Positions 22,395 through 31,232 of a stretch of DNA of 31,232 bases are shown here, piece after piece. How positions within the stretch are numbered: position 1 is the stretch's first letter; every line of letters begins with the position of its first letter. Source of the DNA: Octopus sinensis (lineage: Eukaryota); NCBI RefSeq assembly GCF_006345805.1, contig NW_021832336.1:1-31232 (forward strand), written 5' to 3'. A program made the position numbers and the translations under genes. The notes under the pieces are model-generated. The model was not told the DNA's origin and made no database searches. It saw only the letters and a program-made list of their open reading frames with translations.

Positions 22395-23060
22395 GCTGGC
22401 TTCACTAAACTGCGCTTGTCACCCGCATACCGGAGGCTGGCTCGAAGCACTCCCTATCCCAGCACTGGATTACTATTAGACAATTAATCCTTACGGATCG
22501 GTATCTGTTTACGCTTGAGCTTGGACATCTGCTGGCGCCACCTCTCCCGGTGCGGGTTCACAATTTCTTCGATTGGCTTGTACGCCTTGTCGTGTAGCTA
22601 CTCAACTCAATGACGTTTTCAGGAGGGCTCTAGAGTCGATTTGTTTTCTTTCTACTCTAGAAACAGTCGGCCTTTTTTATGGCGACGGTAATGGTTGATT
22701 TCGTCTGTCAAGATCGGAACTCACTGGAAAATTGATTAAAACAAATCCCACATTGGCTGAAGTACAGGTCTCTGGAAGTAAACCCAGACAACACGGAAAG
22801 AACTACCATATTTCGCCTCGCGACGAGAAATTAAGAAAAATGCAAGAAAGTTGGATCTATCCTTGGGGATTTGGAGGAGGTTATTCAAAGGAAAGTGCTG
22901 TTGTCTTTTTTAAAAAAATTGAATGAGCCACACTTGCATATGAACGCGCCTTCGAATTCGACTGTACAACTCATTTGTCGAGCCAATTCTGCTCTACAAC
23001 GCGGGGACCAAGGGTCTAACCGCCAAAGAACCAGAACACCTCAATTCTTTCCATAGAAAA
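22395..23060 (+). mobile_element. CRE/SLACS-like non-LTR retrotransposon, 3' fragment (Zn-finger plus restriction-like endonuclease region), degraded
   Basis: GGWLEALPIPALG...LRIGICLRLSLDIC..H..RCG, NDVFRRAL, ET.GL..GDG, FLKKL and SALQRGDQGS follow the CRE-clade C-terminal pattern WLxAxPxxxLG..RLG..C..H.C.CG...QRGNA (recalled consensus). Confidence 0.7.
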
Positions 23061-23184
23061 CAATTAATACTATTCTTAGGTATTCGCTGGCTGAAAAAGA
23101 TGAGCAACGAAGAACTCTACAAAAATTGACTAACGATTTTGTTTAAAATTTTCATCTAATTTTTTTAAGAATTGGAAGCTCGCA

Positions 23185-23565
23185 TAGGGTTAGGGTTAGT
23201 TGTTTAAGATTTGAGTTAGGGTTAGGAGCAGACGAAGCTTTTATATGGAAACTAGAATTTTTTTCTATTTTCTAATGTAAATTTTAATTGTTATCTCAAT
23301 TTTAACCGATTTATTTACAATTTTAAATCATTATTTTTTGATGGTTAACCAAAAATCAATTAGAGTTCTCGATACTCAATAAAAATTGTTGATGTCAGTG
23401 GGATGTTGGTTTTTTCGAGATCCTGCTTTTTTCCAAAATTATTAAAAATGTGTTTAAAGTGAGACTTTGAAAAAATTAACATGTATTTTGTATGGTAATA
23501 TTGCTCAAAAATGAAATTTTGAAAGTGTCCATTTATTCGCGTGTCCATTTATCCGACCGACTGTG
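23185..23565. mobile_element. Non-autonomous DNA-transposon-like remnant with telomere-like TTAGGG units, the 95-bp repeat and a GC-richer end
   Basis: TAGGGTTAGGGTTAG and TTAGGGTTAGG at 23185-23226; the 95-bp repeat at 23302-23396; a doubled GTGTCCATTTAT (23525-23552) next to CCGACCGACTGTG, as expected of a subterminal region. The partner end was not found. Confidence 0.45.
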
Positions 23566-23629
23566 ACATCCTATATTTATTTATAAATAAAAATTTATAA
23601 ATCTTAATAAGAAATATATTAGTCGTAGG

Positions 23630-24340
23630 ATGAGCTGAAAAGTGCGTGAACACTTGTTCTGATAACTGCAAAATGGTAAAAATGTCACCTGCCTATCAAA
23701 TATATAAGTTTATTATTGTTTTTATAGTCTACAACTGAAATAAAACTACACACCAAAAGAGTTACAGTCAAGCCTTAATTTATTGCTACCAACGGGACCG
23801 ACCAAAATAGAGGCAAAAAAGATGGTTTTAAGGGTGAATGTAATCTTATAATGTTTTTTTAATTAATTTTTGTTTTCAACGGATTAGTAGAAATAATGAA
23901 AAATAAGTTTATAAAAAATTAAAACAGAATTTCAATTTTTTTTCGGTAAAAAAGCAGTGTGGAAAATCATAGAGGTTGTAAATTAGGAAATGAAATTTTT
24001 CGGCTTTATATAACTTTATTCTAAGTCTTTACTTATATTGTACATACAAGCAAGATTATTGATAAAGCAAACTGAAATATTATTCTGGAAAAATAACTAT
24101 CTAAAAGGTCATATTTAACTTAAAGAAGCATATTTATGTTTTATTTTTTTGACAACAGTTATTTGTAATCAAACAGGTCTATGGCGAATATTAACCGATT
24201 CTTGTAATGTTGAGAACGAGTATCTACAGTCATAACATATCTGCTTTCAGTTGTCTCAACATCTCCCTTGGTGTTTGAGATCTTTTAACAGGCCTGACCT
24301 TCCGACGCTGGAATCGACAGTCCAACTAAGTTACCTTCGA
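23630..24340 (+). CDS. Possible unidentified spliced gene
   Basis: Two clean mini-introns near the 3' end (GTAATGTTGAGAACGAGTATCTACAG, GTGTTTGAGATCTTTTAACAG) join open frames. The upstream frame is unresolved. Confidence 0.3.
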
Positions 24341-24469
24341 ACAGTCCCAACTTGTTTAATAATTAATTTATGATAATTTTTATTTTTAATTAAAATTGAA
24401 TTCTATATAAAATAAATATTGTTGATTACGAGACTATATAGTTGTTGTTGTGGGTTGTTTGTTAATTTG

Positions 24470-27400
24470 ATGGACACTTTTTCGAACAAAAAATACAAAA
24501 AGTACCTTAAATGCATAAAAAACACCAAAATTCCTTCAAAAATCAAGCTTTGTTATTTAAAACGTCTTGAACTATATTCCAGAGATTCTAACTCGAAAAA
24601 ATCCTTCCTAATCAATCAAGGTCCCGATTTATTTCTCCAATTCCTTTCCAACTCGTCAGACGATCAAAACATTTACGTTCTGGAACTTTAAAAGCATTCA
24701 AAATATTTTCCCAATCCTACCAAATGTACTTTTTTATAATATTTTTATAGAATTTTCTTGTACAGTTAATTTCAAAATAGGTAATTTATATACATAAATA
24801 TTACTTTTAGCTCAATTTATAACCGAATGGAATGGCGAGGAAAACTTGATTTTGTTGATAAAATTTATATCGGTTTTTATAAAATCTACAAAAAATAAAT
24901 TTATTTTTTACCCAAATAACTTCTTGTTTTAATTTTATACTCAAATTATGCATCTCAGTTGATTCTTCCTCTAATTTACTCAGGCACTCCCTATCGGTCT
25001 TAAGGTAAAATTATTAAAATAAACATCAAATAGTAAATTAATTAAATTTAAAAAACTTGCTCGTCATATTATAGAAACTTGTCCTGATTTAACACCTTTG
25101 TTTGTCCGTAGTGATTCAATTAAGATTAGATTGGTCAAAATTATTAATGAACTTATTAAAAGGTAATAAAAATAATGATTGTCGCGCGCAATGGATGAAA
25201 CGCGTGCCTAAAGTGAAACGCTGTGAACCTTGAGAAAACCACAAAAAACCTCGAAAATAAAATTAACAATCCTTTGATGAAAACAGGAATAAAACCGAGA
25301 AATCAATTTTTTATTATTATCGTTTGAAAGATTAACAATTTATTTAAATAATGGTTAGCCATTTTAAAATTACCAAAAAATTAAAAATATTTTAACCTGA
25401 AAATTTACCTGTCTAAATTTTTTTAACTTGTGATTTAAATACTATTTTTTCATTTCCATCTTGATCTTTTATTTTAACTCTATTATTTGAAATTAAATCT
25501 TCAACAGTAAAGATTTGTTGATAATAAAAAGATTCTAATTTTCGCTTCTTCGTCCTTTGATTTGTATCAAAATCTTTTTTCAGCAAAACATTATTTCCAA
25601 TTGCAATTTCTTTCAATGTTTTTGAAAAATTTCGTTCCATTCTTTCAAGATATTTGTCATTTATGATAGTTTGATTTTCATGTTCTTCAATTAATTCATC
25701 ATCATTATAATAAGAAATGTTATATCCTCTTATTCGGAAAAAAGCCATAAATGGTGACATATTTATAGAAGAATGAATTGAAATATTGTACTGATATACA
25801 ATTTTTTCTAACACATCCACCCATTTTTTCTGTTTGTCTGTGAGTTCTTTTTGAATCCATCTGCAAATGGTTTGATTGCAACGCTCCACTTGTCCCTGTG
25901 ATTCTGGATGTCTTGGACGTCCCCTTTTATGAATTATTTTAAATTCTTCACATAATGACGTTATTTCTGAATTAACAAATTCTGTTCCGTTGTCAGACTG
26001 CAGAATTTTTGGTGGACCATAGGAAAGAAATATAGTTTTCAATGATTCCGAAACTGTAACTGCTTCTTTATTTTCTATTTTTTAGCAAAGCAAAATTTTG
26101 AATAAATATCTATGACATTCATAAGATATTTATAGGAATCATTTATATCTGCATAAAACGAAAGATCGACTAAATCAACTTGATAGCTAAAAATAAGCTA
26201 TTGAATGAACCGTTCTCGAGGTTCTTTGGCTACTATGTTGACTAGTGGATATTTTGTCTTTAAGGGCTGACTTCGCTGACATTTGTGGCATGATGATATT
26301 ACATCCCTAATTATGTTTCGATTGATTATGCAAAAATTATTTTTGCAATACTCTTCCATTTTATTAAATCCATAGTGATAAATTGAATGAATCCTTTCAC
26401 AATGCAGTTTCATGGATTCGAAATCATTTGAGGCAATTACCAATATTTTGTTTCCATCAAATTGTTTATAATATAGCACACCTATCATTAGATTTAATAG
26501 TACCTCCAGAATTTACGAAATTTCTAGTTTTTTTGAGAAAACGAAATCTTTTTAGTCTTGAAAATTTTCTGGTATAAATCTTCAACAGTAAAGATTGTAT
26601 TATTTATTAAAAAATCAAGAATATTCTTATACTCCTGATCATCCTTTACAATGTTGGCAAATCTCATTTCGATAATATTATCTCAAAGTGCGCAATCATC
26701 TTTAATATCTTTAATATTGACTTGATAATTGTCAAGAGCTTAATTGAAGGTTAAATTCAAGGTCACAGCGTTTCACTTTAGGCACGCGTTTCATTTATGG
26801 CGCGTGACAATGATAAATATAGATATTATGGTTTAAATTGGGAACATAATGATTATGGCTCTGATTGCCGTGGAGTGACACAAAGTTGAACAGATTTCCT
26901 GACTGATGGGGTCGTTGGGAGTATTTATAATGCCCTTCAAGAGTCTGAAAATGTTTTTTTAGTTAGAATATGTTTTATGTTTTTTCTTTTGCTTGCATTT
27001 AAAGGAGAATATAGTTGTAATCTATTTAGATCACTAATACTATTGATTTGTGTTTTTTTGATGAGAAGGATGACGTTCCTTCCATTAATTGTGTCAATTT
27101 TATTTATAATTTTTACGATCAATTGATTGGTTATATTTTAAAAATATATTGGGGCACTTCTATGAGTATTTGTAGTTGTTGGTCGGCTCTTGTCTATCTT
27201 TTTGAGGCCCACGATAAAAAAATTTTACCAAAGTTTCATTTTGTTGTATTACTCTCGAGATTTTATGATAAAAATGCTGACTCTAAAGTTTTTTTGACTC
27301 AAGAATTTGTAAATAAATTAATTTTAATTTTCAGCGAGTCTTTTGAGTTCCCCGATGATATGAAATGCTCATTTTCTTATATATATCCTTCTAATAAACC

Positions 27401-28390
27401 AAAATCGTCACTTTTTGTTTGTCCGAAAAAAATCGAAGGCTGTTTATGTTGTTTTGCAATTCGTTATGATCACGATCAAGTTCCAATAGCTATCAGAGTG
27501 CTCAATATACTAAAGAAAATTGTTATTTCGAATCCGCCTTGCCTTCCATTTGGACTTTGTAATTTTTTTCTAAATTTGTTTCTCTGTTGTGCCGAACGTT
27601 CGGAGTTTTCTGACATTTTTACAGCCCAATATTTTTACCAGTTCACTAATTTGTGCATCATTTATCGACATGTTATGAAATCTTTTCGAATTAACGTTTC
27701 TGGAATCGAACATTTTCATTATTCACCAAGAAAGAGTACTCTGGCATTTCAAAATCCAATTATTCACATGAAATTAATCTATGGAGATATTGTCACTAGT
27801 CGTCTACAAATTCAAAAAAGTCATATTATGTTTGGAAATTGTCGCTACAGTTGTCACGTGGATGATCCAATAGAATTAGAATCTGAGAATGGAACTGTAA
27901 CGTGCTCTCTTAGTGATTTATCCAAAATAAGTTTATTTTTCCAAAGATTGTTTAATTCTGGAATGCAAGAAATGCAATTTAGGAAGTGCTATTTGGCAGA
28001 AGAGCATCAAGTGATTGTGGCTTTGGCTCATATTTCAACTGGATGTTTATCGTCCAATGTTTTTTGGGAGGAATGGAGAGTATTGATCGCTTAAGATTGT
28101 ATAAAGTGTTTGTGGCTGCTGATAAATATTGCTTAAATAATGATATAGTAAGTCAATTGGGACAATTTATTTTTGAAAATATCGAAAATGATCTCGAAAA
28201 TTTGGTTGAATTGGTTGGACTTTCTTTTTCATCTCCTCGCTTTTTGGAATCAATTTGCGTTTTTGTTTTGACTTCGAGCGCTCTTGTTTCCATGTCGTTT
28301 GAACGCTTGATTGCAAAATATGGGTTTGCAACACAATTTTATGAATTTTTATCTTCTTTTATTATTCAAAACTTTGGTGATTCAAATTGA
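24470..28390 (+). CDS. ARMC5: Armadillo-repeat plus C-terminal BTB protein, ARMC5-like; one intron holds the 25180-26809 transposon
   Basis: MDTFSNKK...FLINQGPDLFLQFL; mini-introns near 24726, 24781 and 25007; open exon KLIKFKKLARHIIE...KIINELIKR up to GT at 25163, resuming after AG at 26822. Long exon 27048-28390 with BTB-like ELESENGTVTCSLSDLSKISLFFQRLFNSGMQE...LAHISTGC and VFVAADKYCL. The ARMC5 orthology is inferred from architecture. Confidence 0.6.
25180..26809 (-). mobile_element. Near full-length Ginger2/TDD-like integrase DNA transposon (1630 bp)
   Basis: About 50-bp imperfect TIRs TGTC(G/A)CGCGC....ATGAAACGCGTGCCTAAAGTGAAACGCTGTGA; exact 5-bp TSD ATGAT (25175-25179 and 26810-26814). 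No RT or gag. Confidence 0.92.
25413..26667 (-). CDS. Retroviral-like DDE integrase/transposase (H2C2 Zn finger, rve core, C-terminal domain) with two mini-introns
   Basis: MRFANIV...KRFRFLKKTRNFVNSG|GVLYYK...HCERIHSIYH...SCHKCQ...EPRER|YQVDLVD...IDIYSKF...PKILQSDNGTEF...HPESQGQVERCNQTI...YNISIHSSINMSPF. Introns at 26482-26503 (22 nt) and 26187-26210 (24 nt). Residual frameshifts lie near homopolymer runs (~26080, ~26550). Confidence 0.88.
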
Positions 28391-28539
28391 ATTTATTATG
28401 AAATTATTTTTTGACTTTACTTAAAAATCTATGATGATTGATAACATCAAGATCTAATTCACATTTTAGGGCTACGAATTATTATAATCGAATAGGGCTT
28501 ATATTTTTCAACGTAAATTATTTTTGAAAAATGCCTATA

Positions 28540-28645
28540 TACAGGGTATTTCATTAATATATCCTCTAATTTCATAAATATATCCTCTAATTTCATAAAT
28601 AAATCCTCTTATTCCATAAATATATCCTCTTATTTCATAAATATA
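28540..28645 (+). repeat. Four-unit 21-bp tandem repeat preceded by a TA|TACAGGGT mariner/Tc1-like terminus
   Basis: ATATCCTCTAATTTCATAAAT x4 (with substitutions) from ~28558; TATACAGGGT at 28538-28547. No matching opposite end found. Confidence 0.7.
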
Positions 28646-28878
28646 TCGTATATTATAAATAATTATATAATGTAGTAATTCTTGTAGAAATGTTCGTATG
28701 TCGTATACGTATATTTCAAGTTACATTAACAAAGACCAACTTTTAATTTAAAAAAACAAATGTTAATTAATTCTGTTAATAATCGCATTCACTCTATTCC
28801 AAAATGACCGGTAGTACTCGGTAAACATTGAATTAGAAGAAAGCGATTGTATAACATCTTTTAAGTTTTCTTTTAAAG

Positions 28879-31232
28879 CAGGGCTGGCCAACCCAAGGCC
28901 CGCGGGCCGCATGCGGCCCGCGATGGAGTTTGGTGCGGCCCGCGAGAGAAATTTTGTATGTAGTTAACCTATAAATACATTCAAGATAAATTTTTCTTAA
29001 GTTTAATAAATAAAGATAAATTTTATAAGTTTAATAAATTTTAAAGTTTATCTATTTTTGTAACTGTTATCAATATGAAGAAAAGGAAAATTTTTGAAGA
29101 AAACAGGCAATTCAGCAATCATTGGGAAAAAGATTACTTTTTTATAATGCATAATTCCAAGCCAACATGTTTAATTTGCAAGGAGAAAGTATCGGTGGTG
29201 AAAGAGTACAATGTAAGAAGACATTATGAAACAAAGCATTCCGAATACGCGAAATTTAGTAAGGAATTGAAAACAAGGAAACTGGATTCGCTTAAATCTG
29301 AATTGAGAAATCAGCAAAGACTATTAAATTCATCGATACACTCTTCTTCTGATACTGTTAAAGCAAGCTACTCTGTTGCAATGATAATTTCAAAGAGAAT
29401 GAAATCATTTTCGGATGGAGAATTCGTAAAAGAGTGTTTGAATGCTGTCGTGAAAGACATTTTGCCAGATAAAACTAAAAAGTTTTCAAACATCAGCTTG
29501 TCACGTCAAACCATATGTCGCAGGGTTAATGACATTTCAAATGAAATTGTGGTGACTTTGTGTGATCAAATAAAATATTTCAAAAGTTATTTTTTGGCCT
29601 TTGACGAATGCACGGATATATCAGACACGTCTCAACTTGTAGCTCGTCAAAAAAAATTGCTCAGCCATTTTTTCATGCTTTTATTGACAAATTAATAAAA
29701 AATTTAATCTTACACTTCATTTTTTATTCTAATTCTTAAGTATATTAATTTATTTATGCGATTTTATTTCAATATAAGGAATTTAAAGCATAAAAATTTA
29801 AATCTCGTGACAAAAAACATTGCTCACTTTTCTTGTTATTGCATATGCCACGTTCTCCCAAGAAACAGTTAACTGAATTAAAAAGGGATGATTATTGCGT
29901 ACTTTAAAGAGGGTAAATCAATCAGAGAAATCTCAAAAATACTTAATTTGCCGTATTCCACAATTTCATTTAATATTCGAAAATTTCGAGAATTTGGAAC
30001 ACTGCATTGGAGACCGGGCTCAGGACGTCTTCCGAAACCAAGTTCCCCCCAAATACAATTTTTATCTAATGAAACCGAATCACATCCTACATTGTTGGCA
30101 GTGGATTTGTCCAACAAAACTAAAGAAACTTTCAATATTGATGTTCCCCTAGGACAATTCTGAGAACTTTGAATAAAAATGGGGTATATTGTCGTGTAGC
30201 AAAAAGAAAGCCATTGCTTTCTCAAAAAATATTATTTCGAGATGGTCTGCGTCACTACGATTTTTATCGATATCTGATAGTACATGGAAATCGGTGATAT
30301 TCTCAGATGAGTCAATGTTCGATGTTTTTAACAACAGAAAACATCAGGTTGTTTACAGAAAAAATAAAACGGAGTTAAAAAATGCACATTTGCTGCCGAC
30401 TGTTAAGTTCGGAGTAGGGAGAGTTATGATTTGGGGCTGCATATCGTATAGTGGTGTAGGCAATTTGGTTTTTATCGAAGAAACTATGAACTCTGGATAT
30501 TATATAAATTTACTGTCTAATAATCTGGACCAATCAGCTGAAAAAATGGGCTTATCCTCGTTTATTTTTCAACAGGATAATGCTCCATGCCATACATCTC
30601 GTATGGTTAAGGCATATTTCGAAACCAAAAAATATATTATTCTTGATTGGCCATCGCAATCACCGGATCTTAACCCAATAGAGCATGTATGGTGCTTTAT
30701 GAAAAGAGAATTAGCTAAAAATCCCCCGAAAAGTAAAGAGGATCTAAAGACAAATATTATGAAAATTTGGCAGTCAATTCCTAAAAGTTTTTTACAAAAC
30801 TTAGTAAATTCAATGAGAAAAAGGAGTTATTCTTTATATTTAGCAAGGGGAGGACATATTAATTACTGATAATGAGATTCCAAATTTGTGCTAATGTTTT
30901 TTGTCTTGCAATTTGTTGTTTTGTTTAAGTTTGTAAATAAAAAAGAAAAATTGTATTATAAAAATTAAGGTATAATAATAAAATACTACTTAAAGATGTT
31001 TACAAAAAAAATAAATCAGAATAATGCTATATAAAGACATAAACATTGGTGAGCAATTTTTTTTGACGACCACTGTATATTCGTGGAGTTACCGAATCTT
31101 TTCAAGTGAAACAAGAAATGCTTAACCTTGTCAGTTTGAAAGATACTACAAAGGGCGAAGATATTTTCCAAGCTGTTATGAATTGTTTATCCGACAATGA
31201 AGCGAATTTAGAGACCCTTGCTGGATTGACAA
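28879..31232 (+). mobile_element. hAT transposon (GTF2IRD2/EPM2AIP1-like), interrupted by Tc1, running off the window end
   Basis: Left end CAGGGCTGGCCAACCCAAGGCCCGCGGGCCGCATGCGGCCCGCG after TTTTAAAG. ORF 29075: MKKRKIFEENRQF..WEKDYFF..CLICKE..YNVRRHYETKH...LAFDECTDISDTSQL; it resumes after the Tc1 at 31078 as IRGVTESFQVKQEMLNLVSLKDTTKGEDIF. Confidence 0.93.
29642..31075 (+). mobile_element. Tc1-family transposon (DD34E), full length, inserted at TA in the hAT transposase
   Basis: Right end TGAGCAATTTTTTTTGACGACCACTG|TA; left end TA|GCTCGTCAAAAAAAATTGCTCA (terminal CAGT missing). Transposase ~29845-30869 with HTH, GRLPK, FSDES, FQQDNAPCH and WPSQSPDLNPIEH; 34 residues between the second D and E. 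Confidence 0.95.

Noticed and set aside
23185-23226. True telomere or telomere-healing site
   Set aside because: Only about four interrupted units in an internal position beside a dispersed repeat; better explained as part of a non-autonomous element.
24180-24400. Minus-strand reading RRKVRPVKRSQTPREMLRQLKADM as a separate gene
   Set aside because: No start codon or consistent frame; the plus strand has cleaner mini-intron structure. Strand remains unresolved.
25180-26809. LTR retrotransposon or Polinton/Maverick as the source of the integrase
   Set aside because: The ends are inverted (not direct) repeats, there is no gag, RT or polB, the size is 1.6 kb, and the termini are TG..CA with a 5-bp TSD rather than Polinton AG..CT with 6 bp.
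28557-28645. Tandem repeat as a CRISPR-like array
   Set aside because: Units are contiguous with no unique spacers, there are no cas genes, and the context is eukaryotic.

Overview
This is an AT-rich, gene-dense eukaryotic window, not a prokaryotic one. Host genes are broken by very short (about 21-34 nt) GT-AG introns. An animal-type phosphomevalonate kinase, NDUFS6/SAMHD1 intron positions matching my recollection of the human genes, and centriole/cilia genes point to a ciliated metazoan with miniaturised introns; dicyemid mesozoans are the best-known match (inference). Host genes read by manual splicing: NDUFS6, PMVK, CENPJ/SAS-4, a probable SPG11 (spatacsin), a SAM-less SAMHD1, a truncated VWA3B-like gene, an ARM+BTB (ARMC5-like) gene, and several unidentified spliced genes. 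Many mobile elements are present: hAT (Buster-type), Tc1 (DD34E), APE-RT LINEs, a CRE-like RLE LINE and Ginger2/TDD-like integrase transposons. The most striking structure is 'introns in a transposon in an intron'. Two TGT...ACA integrase transposons with exact 5-bp target duplications sit inside host introns (one an otherwise 25-nt intron), and their own integrase genes, like one hAT transposase, are split by host-style 21-29 nt introns at non-shared positions. Many frameshifts are single-base losses in homopolymers and are probably consensus errors, so exact exon boundaries and pseudogene calls are provisional.
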